Shown here piece after piece: positions 45,933 to 55,651 of a stretch of 64,000 nucleotides of DNA. The DNA comes from an uncultured bacterium (GTDB lineage Bacteria > Desulfobacterota_D > UBA1144 > Nemesobacterales > UBA2774). The translations under genes and the position numbers were made by a program. The stretch spans positions 2,496,001 through 2,560,000 of the forward strand of contig CAWGRW010000009.1 of assembly GCA_963825135.1 (NCBI GenBank), in the 5' to 3' direction. The notes under the pieces are model-generated. The model was not told the DNA's origin, made no database searches, and saw nothing but the letters and a program-made list of their open reading frames with translations. Numbering within the stretch: position 1 is the stretch's first letter; each line of letters starts with the position of its first letter.

Positions 45933-47533
45933 CCACCTCGTACAGGTACAGGAAGTGGGACGGAAGTCAGTCCGGGTTCGACCCGGGGGTAGAGGACTTC
46001 TTCGGCGAATTCTCCGATTACCTGATGGAAGGGTGGACCCCTGACGAGGCATACGAATGGATACTCAAGCAGGGGATTAAGGGGCTCAGCGTGAGGGTGA
46101 TGGGCATAGACGACCTCCGCTCCGAGCTCGCGGCCTGGAGACAGAGGGCCTACGATAAATACAATTCCAGGACAGCGCTCGCCGGGATAAAGAACGAGCT
46201 TTCGGACATCGTCAACCGGGAGCTCGAACACATCATGCGCTCGCTCTCCCCGGATTCGGCGGACCTGAAAACGAGGGAAGCCTTGCTGAGAGGCCTCGAC
46301 GGCAAGCCGGGCGCGGCGATAGAAAGCCTGAGGGACTATGAGTTCCTCGACGAGGAAGCCGCTCAAAGGTTCCGCGCGCTTCTCGACAGGCTCGAGGACA
46401 TAAAGAAGGCCGAGAGGTTCATCAAGCGTTTCGGTGAAAGGTTCACGGGCGAGACCCCGATTGAGCTCGAGGGCCTCCTGGAATTGATAGAGAGGCTCGA
46501 GGAGCTCGAGCGGATGGAGAAGAGCCTGGTCTCGGGGAGCTTCCATGAAATAGACCCGGAGGGGATCGGCGGGGCGCTCAGCCCGGAGGGTTATAATTCT
46601 CTCCGCCTGTTAAAGAGCTTTAAGGCCGCGCTCGAGAACTCGGGCCTGATAAGGACGAGGGGGGAGCGCACGGAGCTCACCCCGAGGGGCATAAGGAAGC
46701 TCGGCGAGACGGCCGTCGCCGACATATTCTCGTCGCTCAAGCGGAACAGGGTCGCCGACCACGAGACGGAGTGGAGGGGGTCGGGATCGGCGAAGCCCGA
46801 GGAATCGAAGGAGTACGAGTTCGGGGACCCGTTTAACCTCGACATCGTAAGCACGCTCAAAAAGTCGCTCCTCAGGGAGCCGGGAGGCGGGAGGGTAAGG
46901 GTCGATCCGGGGGATTTCGAGGTATACGAGACGGAATACCATACGCACGCGACGACGGCGCTCCTGCTCGACCTCTCCTGGTCGATGAGTTTTCAGGGGA
47001 GGTTCCCGGCGGCGAAAAGGGTCGCGCTCGCTCTCGACCACCTGATAAGGACCAATTACCCGAAGGACGATTTCCACATCATAGGGTTTTCGACCGGGGC
47101 GAGGAAGCTCACGACGAAGGAGCTTGCCGTGACGACGTGGGACTCGAACGACCCGTTCACGAACATACAGGAGGCCCTATCCGTCGCGGCAAAGACGATC
47201 TCCAGGTCGAGGAACACGAATAAGCAGATAATCCTCATCACGGACGGCCAGCCCACGGCCTATTATCTCGACGGCTATCTGCAGGTAGAGCTCCCGATGT
47301 TCTTCGGCGGGCTCTCCCCGAGGGCCACTCTGGAGACGCTTAAGGAAGTGAAGCGCGTAACCTCCATGGGCATACGCATAAATACCTTCATGCTCGACGA
47401 CAGCCCTTCTCTGAGACGCTTCGTCGACGAGATGACCCGCATCAACAAGGGACGCGCCTTCTTTACCACGCCCGAGCACCTGGGGAAGTACCTCTTCGTC
47501 GATTATCTCAGGAGAAAGAGGAAGGTGCTGTGA
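45929..47533 (+). CDS. VWA-domain protein (Rv0959-like)
   Basis: YRYRKWDGSQ, LTPRGIRKLGE, MIDAS DLSWS..T..ITDG; ATGA overlap with the ATPase. Confidence 0.85.
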   Translation: MTTSYRYRKWDGSQSGFDPGVEDFFGEFSDYLMEGWTPDEAYEWILKQGIKGLSVRVMGIDDLRSELAAWRQRAYDKYNSRTALAGIKNELSDIVNRELEHIMRSLSPDSADLKTREALLRGLDGKPGAAIESLRDYEFLDEEAAQRFRALLDRLEDIKKAERFIKRFGERFTGETPIELEGLLELIERLEELERMEKSLVSGSFHEIDPEGIGGALSPEGYNSLRLLKSFKAALENSGLIRTRGERTELTPRGIRKLGETAVADIFSSLKRNRVADHETEWRGSGSAKPEESKEYEFGDPFNLDIVSTLKKSLLREPGGGRVRVDPGDFEVYETEYHTHATTALLLDLSWSMSFQGRFPAAKRVALALDHLIRTNYPKDDFHIIGFSTGARKLTTKELAVTTWDSNDPFTNIQEALSVAAKTISRSRNTNKQIILITDGQPTAYYLDGYLQVELPMFFGGLSPRATLETLKEVKRVTSMGIRINTFMLDDSPSLRRFVDEMTRINKGRAFFTTPEHLGKYLFVDYLRRKRKVL

Positions 47534-47647
47534 CACACGAAGTGTGCTCTTTCGAATAGACAAGACTAAGGAAGGACAAGACAAAGGCTTTTTTTTATCT
47601 TTCTTTTCCTTGATGAACACACGTAGTGTGCTCTTTCGAAAAGACAA
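47534..47647 (+). repeat. Two direct copies of CACAC-N3-GTGTG-CTCTTTCGAAWAGACAA
   Basis: Copies start at 47534 (directly after the VWA TGA) and at 47618. Confidence 0.85.
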
Positions 47648-47688
47648 AGAAAAACAAAGGCAATATTATTTCTTCTTTGTCTGGATAC

Positions 47689-47915
47689 AAAGAAGCAAAA
47701 ATCATCCGACTACAGAATTGTGCTAAAAATCTCATGTACTCGCTAAATCTTCCGATTCTACCCCATCGGAGCAATAGTTTAGCGATGTCCGTGGCTAACT
47801 AACGTCGTGCGGATAGGAGAGGGTGTCCGAATGCGCGCTCGCTTGCATTCGTTCCCGTGGAAGATTTTTAACGCTCGTACAATCGATTTTCTTAACGCAA
47901 ATTCTCTAATGTCGG
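47689..47915. repeat. Long imperfect inverted-repeat element, copy 1 (long loop)
   Basis: Arms nearly identical to 51580-51719; CCGAC..TGTAC..AAATCTTCC pairs with GGAAGATTT..GTACA..GTCGG. Confidence 0.85.
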
Positions 47916-47941
47916 GGAGAGAAAAAGAAATATAAGGTACA

Positions 47942-47977
47942 CCCTCACCCTATCCCTCTCCCCTCAAGGGAGAGGGA
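47942..47977. repeat. REP-like palindrome CCCTCACCCTATCCCTCTCCC-CTCAA-GGGAGAGGG
   Basis: Perfect 9-bp stem. Confidence 0.75.
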
Positions 47978-47991
47978 ATTAAAGAAAGGGT

Positions 47992-48063
47992 GAACGGTTT
48001 GGCTACGTCGCCGGTTTGAGCTTAGGGGGCCGGGAAGGGATCGTAGAACACACTATGTGTGCG
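47992..48063. repeat. ~70-bp CACAC/GTGTG element, copy A
   Basis: Aligns with 51491, 51745, 57291, 59394 and 63637; abuts the stop at 48064. Confidence 0.8.
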
Positions 48064-48981
48064 TCAGTCGCACTTATAGGGCTTTGAGAGCGTGAAGACC
48101 TTGTCGAGGCCGGGGGTGTAGAAATAGCGCTCGTGGTTACGCGATCTTATAAGCACCTTGTCCGTGCCGCAGGCGAACGTGAGCACCCTCGATTCGGGCT
48201 CCTTCATGCCTCCGAGGTCGGGACGTATGGAGGATATCTCGACGAAGACCGTGCCGTTCAGGTCTTTCTGCTTGACTATGGTGTCTATCATCTCCTGGGG
48301 TATGTGGAGGTGTCCCGAGAGCCATAGATCGACCTTGTATTTCCTGAGCACCTCTCTGAACCTCTTGGAGTCCGTTATCTGTCTCGCGGCTATGGACGAG
48401 AACATTATGCCGCTCCCCTGAAGGGGCGCGTGCGTAGTAACGACAATTATCTTGTCCTGGTTGTCGATCACCAGATTTTTCCACCACTCGAAGGTCTCGT
48501 CCGTTATGACGGTCGCCTTGCCCGTGTCTTCGTTCGACATGAAGATGAAGAGGATGTTCCCCTTCTCGACCGTATAGTTGACGTCCCCTCCCCCCCTTAA
48601 TTTTTTCCTGAATATATTCCCCTTGTCGGTTTTGTAATCGTGGTTCCCGATTATCTCGTGCCATTCCTTGATGTATGACCCGTCTCTCGTCCTGATGTAC
48701 AGGTCGTAGCTCTCCGCGGTCGGGAAATTCACGACGTCGCCCGCGTTGATGGCCATATCGACGTCCGTGACGTTGTCGTTCATGTCCTCGACCGCGTTCC
48801 TGAAGGGTTTTATGTGCGCCTCGTCCGTGATATGGGTATCGGATAGAGCCCAAACGGTGAGTGTTTCTTCCGGGACGTACCAGTTCTCGGCCGTGAGCTC
48901 CTTGCCCGAGGAATAACCGGTCTGGCACGACGTCAGCGTGAGGAATACGAGGATTAATAAAAGCGGGGCGCGTATTTTCAT
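48064..48981 (-). CDS. Calcineurin-like metallophosphoesterase lipoprotein
   Basis: Lipobox LTSC; SDTH, AGD, GNHD, THAP, SGHLH. Confidence 0.88.
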   Translation of the reverse strand: MKIRAPLLLILVFLTLTSCQTGYSSGKELTAENWYVPEETLTVWALSDTHITDEAHIKPFRNAVEDMNDNVTDVDMAINAGDVVNFPTAESYDLYIRTRDGSYIKEWHEIIGNHDYKTDKGNIFRKKLRGGGDVNYTVEKGNILFIFMSNEDTGKATVITDETFEWWKNLVIDNQDKIIVVTTHAPLQGSGIMFSSIAARQITDSKRFREVLRKYKVDLWLSGHLHIPQEMIDTIVKQKDLNGTVFVEISSIRPDLGGMKEPESRVLTFACGTDKVLIRSRNHERYFYTPGLDKVFTLSKPYKCD

Positions 48982-49001
48982 TCTCGATAGATAATACGGG
49001 A

Positions 49002-50300
49002 TCAGGCGATGTCCCGGATCGGGGCGCCGAGCGCTTCTTCGCCCGAAACCCCTGTGATCGTGACCGTTATTTCGTCGCCCTGCGCGTGCGCTCCGCCCGT
49101 AATCCGCACCGGTATGTAGTTGGGCGTTGTACCCTTCCCCCCGGCCTCGACGAGTATCGGGAGGCTCCGTCCGATAAAGCCCCTGTGGAATTCGGCCTTC
49201 TTTCTCGTGCCGAGCTCCCGCAGGAGCGCCGCGCGACGCTTGATAGTGTCCGGGTGCACCTGCCCGGGCATGGAGGCGGCGGGGGTGGCCCTCCGCTTCG
49301 AATAAGGGAATACGTGGAAGTACGTGAGCGCCGAGTTCCCGGCCGTCTCGTATGTGTTCCCGAACTCCTCCTCCGTCTCTCCGGGGAAGCCCACCATTAT
49401 GTCCGAGCCTATGGCCGCGTCGGGAATGCTCTCGCGTATGAGGCTCGTGAGCTTTACGAACCTCTCCGGGGCGTATCGCCTCCTCATTCTCTTGAGCACG
49501 CCGGCGTCTCCGCTCTGAAGGGCGACGTGGAACTGCGGGCATATGGTCTCTGCGCCGGCGATAAAGCCTATGAGATCCTCGTCTATGTCGGCCGGGTCGA
49601 GCGATGTGAGGCGCACGCGTTTTACTATCCTCTCCCGCTCGATGCTCTTTAAGAGCTCGGGGAAGCTCGTGCCGATGTCCCTGCCGTAGCTCGCGATATG
49701 CACCCCCGTGAGCACTATCTCTTTATATCCGGCAAGGGCCAGCTTCTCCATGCGCTCGAGTATGTCGGCTGCGGGGAGGCTCCTCGACCTTCCCCTGGCG
49801 CGCGGTATGATGCAGAACGTGCAGGCGTAATTGCACCCGTCCTGGACCTTTAAAAACGCGCGCGTCCTTCCTGGGAAGTACTCAATGCCGGGCGTCTCGA
49901 AGACCTTTTTCTTCTCGCTGAATATGTCCGAGATGAAGAGCCTGGGCTCGCTCTGCAGGGTTCCTTCCCTGATTATTTTAAGCAGTTCGGAGAACTTGTG
50001 CGAGTTGCCGATGACGTAATCGACGTCCCCGATCTGCCTGAGCTCTTCGGGCGAGACCTGGGCGTAGCAGCCCGTGACGATGACGACGCCCTCGGGGTTA
50101 GCGCGCCTGGCCCTGTGTATGTAGTGGCGGGCCTCGGCGTCCGCCTTGTGGGTCACCGTGCAGGTGTCTATGACGTACACGTCGGCCTTCTCGGGGAAAG
50201 GGACCCGGACGTACCTGCTTTTGGGCAGGCGGTTCAGTATGGCGGCCGTATCGTACTGGTTTACCTTGCACCCGAGGGTCACGACTGAAACGCTCTTCAT
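49002..50300 (-). CDS. mtaB: tRNA t6A37 methylthiotransferase
   Basis: TLGCKVNQYD, CTVT, GCYAQ, KVQDGCNYACTFC, HVFPYS. Confidence 0.9.
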   Translation of the reverse strand: MKSVSVVTLGCKVNQYDTAAILNRLPKSRYVRVPFPEKADVYVIDTCTVTHKADAEARHYIHRARRANPEGVVIVTGCYAQVSPEELRQIGDVDYVIGNSHKFSELLKIIREGTLQSEPRLFISDIFSEKKKVFETPGIEYFPGRTRAFLKVQDGCNYACTFCIIPRARGRSRSLPAADILERMEKLALAGYKEIVLTGVHIASYGRDIGTSFPELLKSIERERIVKRVRLTSLDPADIDEDLIGFIAGAETICPQFHVALQSGDAGVLKRMRRRYAPERFVKLTSLIRESIPDAAIGSDIMVGFPGETEEEFGNTYETAGNSALTYFHVFPYSKRRATPAASMPGQVHPDTIKRRAALLRELGTRKKAEFHRGFIGRSLPILVEAGGKGTTPNYIPVRITGGAHAQGDEITVTITGVSGEEALGAPIRDIA

Positions 50301-51394
50301 TGCGGGAGCACCTCTTTTATCCACCCCCCGCCGAGCACCGTGTCGCCGCTATAGAACACGACCGCCTGGCCGGGCGTGATCGCCCTCTGGGGGCTCCCGA
50401 ATTCGAGGGTGCCCTCCGTGCGGCTCCACAACTTCAACTCCGCGTCGCTCTCGGGGTGCCTGTATCTGACCTTGGCCTTAACTTTAACTGTGCTATTTAT
50501 CATATCGTCAATATTAGTGTTATCGACCCACGTAATGTCCTCCGCCACGAGCCGCGTCCTGTATAGCTCTCCCTCCCCTCCGACGAATACGCGGTTGGAC
50601 GAGGGCTCTATGCGGGTCACGTACATGGGCTTTCCGGCGGCTATGCCCAGGCCCCGCCTCTGCCCCACGGTGAAGGAGAAGACGCCCCTGTGAGCGCCGA
50701 GCACGTCGCCCGCCGAGCTTACTATCTCGCCGTTTGAAGGCGTGAACGCGGAGCGGGCCTCCAGGTAATCCCTGTAATTCCCGCCGGGTACGAAGCACAC
50801 CCCGGTGCTGTCGGGCTTCTCCGCCTGTCTTAAGCCGAAGCCCTTCGCTATCTCCCTGACCTCGTCCTTCGTCATGTCTCCGAGCGGGAACATCAGGCGG
50901 CCGAGCTCCTTCTGAGTGAGAGTGTGGAGGAAATAGGTCTGGTCCTTGGACGCGTCTTCCGCCTTCCTGAGCGCGAGCCGTCCGTGCACGGGGTCCCGCT
51001 CTATCCTCGCGTAGTGTCCGGTCGCAAGGTAATCCGCCCCGAGCTCGAGGGCCTTTTGCAGGAGCAGGTCGAATTTGATGTGCTTGTTGCAGAGCACGCA
51101 CGGTATCGGGGTCTTCCCCGACATGTACTTGTCCACGTAGTCGGTCAGGACGTATTTGCTGAACTCCCCGGTGAAATTTACGACGTAGTGGGGAAAGCCG
51201 AGCTCCGCGGCCGCCCTCCTCGCGTCAACTACCTGGTCGAGAGAACAGCACCCCCCTTCGGCGTCCCCGTAATCGAGGAGCTGCATCGTAATGCCTATAA
51301 CCTCGCATCCTTCCTTCTTCAGCAGGGCCGCCACGGTCGTGCTGTCTACGCCTCCGCTCATGGCCACTACTACGCGCTTTCCGTTCATAATCAA
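50297..51394 (-). CDS. mnmA: tRNA 2-thiouridylase
   Basis: AMSGGVDS, PCVLCN, ATGHY, KDQTYFL, TVGQRRG, TPGQ; start at 51394 or 51388. Confidence 0.96.
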   Translation of the reverse strand: MIMNGKRVVVAMSGGVDSTTVAALLKKEGCEVIGITMQLLDYGDAEGGCCSLDQVVDARRAAAELGFPHYVVNFTGEFSKYVLTDYVDKYMSGKTPIPCVLCNKHIKFDLLLQKALELGADYLATGHYARIERDPVHGRLALRKAEDASKDQTYFLHTLTQKELGRLMFPLGDMTKDEVREIAKGFGLRQAEKPDSTGVCFVPGGNYRDYLEARSAFTPSNGEIVSSAGDVLGAHRGVFSFTVGQRRGLGIAAGKPMYVTRIEPSSNRVFVGGEGELYRTRLVAEDITWVDNTNIDDMINSTVKVKAKVRYRHPESDAELKLWSRTEGTLEFGSPQRAITPGQAVVFYSGDTVLGGGWIKEVLPQ

Positions 51395-51462
51395 GGTAGA
51401 AAGATTACACTAGCCGTTAAAATGAGACAAATCGGGGCGGGGCGGACGATAGGCGGCCAAAA

Positions 51463-51860
51463 CCGTTTGTCCTGAGTCTGTCGAAGGATTGAACGGGTTT
51501 GGCTGTGCCGCCGGTTTAGCCTGAGGAGTTTGGGAGTGTCGTAGAGGCACACACAGTGTTTTCTTCTTTTCCTTGATGAAAAGAAGCAAAAATCATCCGA
51601 CTACAGAATTGTGCTAAAAATCTCATGTACTCGCTAAATCTTCCAATTCAACCCCACCCCGTGGAAGATTCTTAACGCTCGTACAATCGATTTTCTTAAC
51701 GCAAATTCCGTAATGTCGGTAGCGTGCTTCGACTAGCTCAGCACGAACGGGTTGGGCTACGTTGCCGGTTTGAGCGTGAGAGTTTCGGAAGGATTATAAA
51801 ACACACATTGTGTGTGCCCGCCGCAAATTTTGTAATGTCGGGAAAAGAGAAAGGCAAAAG
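51463..51860. repeat. Composite intergenic repeat mosaic: TCCTGAGTCTGTCGAAGGA module, element copy B (51491-51559), long hairpin copy 2 (51580-51719), GTGCTTCGACTAGCTCAGCAC module, element copy C (51745-51817), partial hairpin arm
   Basis: Direct comparison with 47534-48063 and 63586-63708. Confidence 0.85.
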
Positions 51861-51919
51861 ATGGATTTCACGTTTTGGATTGTGCAGATTGTGCGCGGCT
51901 AACCCGGTGAAGCGGCGCT

Positions 51920-53155
51920 TTAGACTACGCCTTCTTCGACTCCGACGATGGAGTAATAGGGTTCGTTCCCGAGCTTGAGCTCCCGGGCGTCCACGTATTC
52001 CTTCACGATACCGTAGACGTCTGCCGACACTATGACCCTCCAGACGGGGGCTATGGTGCTGATTTTTCTGGCCATGTCCGTGATCTGCTTTACGCCGTGC
52101 GGCATGCCGGAGTCTTCGTACACGGGGATGGACTTCATGCCTATTCCGATCTTCCCGCTTATGGGGGCCTTGCCCTCTATCTTTCTTTCCTTCGTAATGC
52201 TCGCAAGGAGCTGGAGCACCTCGACGGCCGAGCATACGGCCTTTAGTTCGGGATTCACCTGCTCGTCAGGGGCGTTGAAAAACGCCACGATCTCGTCCTT
52301 CAGGAGCGCCTCGATCACCCCTCCGTAGTTGGATATTATCGCCGACGCGGCTTTCCGGTAATCGGCCAGGAACGAGTTGAACTCGGACGGCTTGAGCGTG
52401 TTGGAAAGCTCCTGGAAGTCGGCTATCTTGGCGACGATGACGGTCACGTTACGGGGCCTGGACGTTGTCTCTTCCTCCTCCTCGTCCTCGTCGGAGGCAA
52501 TGAGAGTCGGCTGGAACGGGGGTATCTCCTCCTCCATGTCCTCCCTCTTCCTCATTCTATCGACCATCTGGTTAAACGTCTCGTAGGCCCTGATTGTGGA
52601 AACGTCGTCGGAAGCTTCCGGGTCGAGCCTTGCGCCCGTGAGGTCCCCGCGGGAGACGCTCTTCATGGCGGATATCAGCTTTTCTATCGCGTCGTTACGG
52701 CCCGAGGAGAAGAGCGACAGTATGAATATGACTATCACGGAGACCGCGACGCCTATGAGGACGCTCCACATGAGGGAGGAAAGGACGAGGCTCTTGAAGT
52801 CCCTCCCGGTGACCCCGAGCACAATCGTGTTGTTCTCGGGCGTGGTAATTGGGACGATCTCGAGATTCTCCGTGTCATCCCCTCCGAAGCTCTCGAGCAT
52901 AACGCCGTCCGGGTTGAGGAGCTTTATATAAACTATGTCGTGTCTGGAGTTCAGTATCTCTTTAGAAGTGTCTGCGAAGGTCTTGCCCGGGGCGTTGAAG
53001 AGCTGGGCCAGCTCCTGGCCCCTTTGTTCCGTAATCGTGGTCGTGAAATAGTAGGAGTTAAATAGAGAGACGAGGACGGAGACGAGGATGAATATCAGGG
53101 CGAGAACAAGACTGTTTCCCGAATATATGTTCCCTAACCTGGACTTGAATCCCAT
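51920..53155 (-). CDS. Membrane protein with HAMP-like linker and degenerate class III nucleotide cyclase domain
   Basis: Two TMs, VSRGDL..TFNQMV HAMP, RNVTVIVAKIADFQELS and YGGVIEALLKDEIVAFFNAP cyclase-like segments. Confidence 0.75.
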   Translation of the reverse strand: MGFKSRLGNIYSGNSLVLALIFILVSVLVSLFNSYYFTTTITEQRGQELAQLFNAPGKTFADTSKEILNSRHDIVYIKLLNPDGVMLESFGGDDTENLEIVPITTPENNTIVLGVTGRDFKSLVLSSLMWSVLIGVAVSVIVIFILSLFSSGRNDAIEKLISAMKSVSRGDLTGARLDPEASDDVSTIRAYETFNQMVDRMRKREDMEEEIPPFQPTLIASDEDEEEEETTSRPRNVTVIVAKIADFQELSNTLKPSEFNSFLADYRKAASAIISNYGGVIEALLKDEIVAFFNAPDEQVNPELKAVCSAVEVLQLLASITKERKIEGKAPISGKIGIGMKSIPVYEDSGMPHGVKQITDMARKISTIAPVWRVIVSADVYGIVKEYVDARELKLGNEPYYSIVGVEEGVV

Positions 53156-53462
53156 GTATCTCGTTTCTCCGGCAGTTCGAACGCGCCGCGGTCAACAGCC
53201 GCCCGCGTTCATTTAAAGTGAAGACTTCGCATAGAAAAAGCTACCTTATAATACTGAGTAAAATTTAACTAGTAAAGATTAATTTTAACAGAGTGTTAAC
53301 AAAATCGCGGGCTCGTTCGGGGCCGCCCTGCGGAATGAATAATTATCCGTGTTGATTGCTTATGGCTGAATGGCCGCCGTCCGGGCCGTCGTTTCCCGCC
53401 GGGAGCCGGGGGAGCCGCTCCGGGCTCCCGGCACGGCTGAAATTCCGGATATTGGTCCCGGC

Positions 53463-53729
53463 CTAAGCCTGTGCCTGAACCGGCTGGATATTGATCTTTG
53501 TCTTGTTTTTCCTGAACGGCTGAAACTCCACCACGCCGTCCTTAAGCGCGAAGAGCGTGTGGTCGCGTCCCATGCCCACGTTGAGTCCCGGGTGGAACGT
53601 CGTGCCCCTCTGCCTCGCGAGGATGTTGCCGGCCTTTACGACCTCCCCGCCGAATTTCTTGACCCCGAGCCTGCGGCCCCTGGAGTCCCTGCCGTTTCTG
53701 GTGCTGCCGCCGCCTTTTTTTGTTGCCAC
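53463..53729 (-). CDS. rpmA: 50S ribosomal protein L27
   Basis: [26 protein letters not shown]. Confidence 0.97.
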   Translation of the reverse strand: MATKKGGGSTRNGRDSRGRRLGVKKFGGEVVKAGNILARQRGTTFHPGLNVGMGRDHTLFALKDGVVEFQPFRKNKTKINIQPVQAQA

Positions 53730-53748
53730 TTTGGGTTACCTCCCTGCC

Positions 53749-54060
53749 TTACTTTGAAATTTCCGTTATCTCGACCGAAGTGAACTTCTGGCGGTGCCCT
53801 GTCTTCTTCCTGAAGTCTTTCCTTCTCCTGAACTTGAAGATGATGAGCTTCTCGCCCTTCTTCGTGCCGATTATCTTCGCCTTGACTACGGCGCTGTCTA
53901 AGACAGGCGAGCCTATGGCGGTCCCGCCCTCGTCCGCGACAAGCAGTACGTCCTTGAATTCGACGTCGTCGCCCGGGTTCCCCTTGAGGAGCTCCACGTC
54001 GATTACGTCGCCTTTGTTTACGATGTACTGTTTTCCGCCGGTTTTAATTACCGCCTGCAT
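53749..54060 (-). CDS. rplU: 50S ribosomal protein L21
   Basis: [14 protein letters not shown]. Confidence 0.97.
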   Translation of the reverse strand: MQAVIKTGGKQYIVNKGDVIDVELLKGNPGDDVEFKDVLLVADEGGTAIGSPVLDSAVVKAKIIGTKKGEKLIIFKFRRRKDFRKKTGHRQKFTSVEITEISK

Positions 54061-54464
54061 GATGTACTCCTCCCGCTTCTGTGAAAGGGTAAAATTATTC
54101 ATATTTATGGCGTGTTGTCAAATATTTGAATATTAGGGAAGCGGAATTCCAATGAGCCTGACCTTCTTCAGGCGCGCGTGTTTTTTTACGCGCATTTTTT
54201 TACTGTGTATTCATTCATTGTGTATTACTTATATGTGTATTCCTTAGGGGGCAAAAATTGACCCCCGGGGGGTCATTATTTGAGGGGTGGGGCTTCATAT
54301 TTTGAAGGGGTGGGTGACAATTCCTTCACCCTCCCTCTTACCGCATTTAGACAATGGGACCAATGGGACATACGAGCGGGGAATATACCCTGATGATGTG
54401 TCCCGTCTGTCCCGCGACTGCCGGAGCGATTCTCCGGCTTTTCCGGCATACGCTATCGCATGAA

Positions 54465-55598
54465 TCAGAGGCCGAACCAGCGGGCGCGCCTGCTCGAACC
54501 GAAATGCTCCTTTGCGGTCCGCATGGCGACTGAAGGCTCGTGGTATATACCCGTGGGCGAAGGCCCCGAGAAGAAATCCACGTCTACCCGGCCGATCTTC
54601 CCGGCGCCGAACTCGATGTAGCAGGAACCCGCGCCGGTGTAAGCCCCTGACTGCCCGCCCCCGCGTATGCGCGCGATAAGCGAATCCGCGACGGCGCGGG
54701 CCGCGGCCTCGGCAAACACGCCCGCCTTGGGCGTTCCGGTATTCGCGATGTCCCCGATTGCGTAGACCCCGTCGAATCGTGTCTCGAGCGTCCGCGGATT
54801 GACGGGCACCCAGCCGTTCTCGGCCATGCCGCTTTCCTCGACAACCTTCGGCGCACAGTGCCTGGGCACGCCCAGGTATAAGTCGTAGGGCAGCTCGCTG
54901 CCGTCGTCCAGCACCGCCACGCGGCGGCCGGGGTCGAGCGAAGCCACGCGGCGGCCGGGGACAAACTTGATGCCGCGCTCAGAAAAGGCGGCGACGAGCG
55001 CCCTGGAAGTGTCGGGCGACGGCGGCACCGGGCTCCCAAACGGCAGCACCAGCGTAATTTCGCATCGGCCGCGGACGCCCTTTGTCCTCAGGTAGTCGTG
55101 CAGCAGAAGCGCGCATTCGCTCGGCGCCGGCGGGCACTTGTACGGCGCCGCGGAAACGCCGATGACGGCCGGGCCCTTTGAGAAATTTTGAAGCATCCCG
55201 CGCAGCCGCTCCGCCCCGGCCGCGGAATAAAACTCGCAGCCCTCCTCGGCAAGCCCCGGCGTGGCGTCGAGGTCGTAGTCGGCGCCCAGCGCGACTACCA
55301 GGACATCTGACTCGAAGCCGCCGGCATCGGTAGTGACGCGCCGCGCTTCCGGATCAATCGCGGTAATCGTCTCCCGCACAAAGCGCACTCCCGTTTTTAC
55401 AAAGTTACGGTACGGCAGACGGACCGCGTCAAACACCGTTCGGCCGAACATTACGTCGAGCTTCGAGTAGCCGAAAATAAAGTGGTCGTTCTTGTCGATG
55501 AGGGTCACATCGACCTCATCGCTGAGCGCCTCCGACAACAGGGTGCTGAGCTCGAGGCCTCCGAAACCCGCTCCGAGAACCAGGACGCGCGTCTTCAT
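54465..55598 (-). CDS. FAD-dependent oxidoreductase, sulfide:quinone oxidoreductase-like
   Basis: GAGFGG, YKCPPAPSE, AIGD, PKAG, SCYIEFG. Confidence 0.8.
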   Translation of the reverse strand: MKTRVLVLGAGFGGLELSTLLSEALSDEVDVTLIDKNDHFIFGYSKLDVMFGRTVFDAVRLPYRNFVKTGVRFVRETITAIDPEARRVTTDAGGFESDVLVVALGADYDLDATPGLAEEGCEFYSAAGAERLRGMLQNFSKGPAVIGVSAAPYKCPPAPSECALLLHDYLRTKGVRGRCEITLVLPFGSPVPPSPDTSRALVAAFSERGIKFVPGRRVASLDPGRRVAVLDDGSELPYDLYLGVPRHCAPKVVEESGMAENGWVPVNPRTLETRFDGVYAIGDIANTGTPKAGVFAEAAARAVADSLIARIRGGGQSGAYTGAGSCYIEFGAGKIGRVDVDFFSGPSPTGIYHEPSVAMRTAKEHFGSSRRARWFGL

Positions 55599-55651
55599 GG
55601 AGATATCCTCCCAAAAAAAGAATTGTCGATGCTCTCGCGGCGGGCAGCGCA

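Noticed and set aside
48064..49542. 492-aa ORF overlapping mtaB
   Set aside because: The N-terminal part is an off-frame read of mtaB; the real start is at 48981, with a lipoprotein signal.
51724..51978. Short ORFs through the repeats (e.g. RIIKHTLCVP, EIAEHNMCVP) as a peptide family
   Set aside because: Copies differ by frame-breaking indels and lack RBS or consistent starts; the similarity is explained by the DNA palindrome.
54916..54960. Direct repeat GCCACGCGGCGGCCGGG inside the SQR gene
   Set aside because: In-frame PGRRVA peptide repeat with no sign of mobility.
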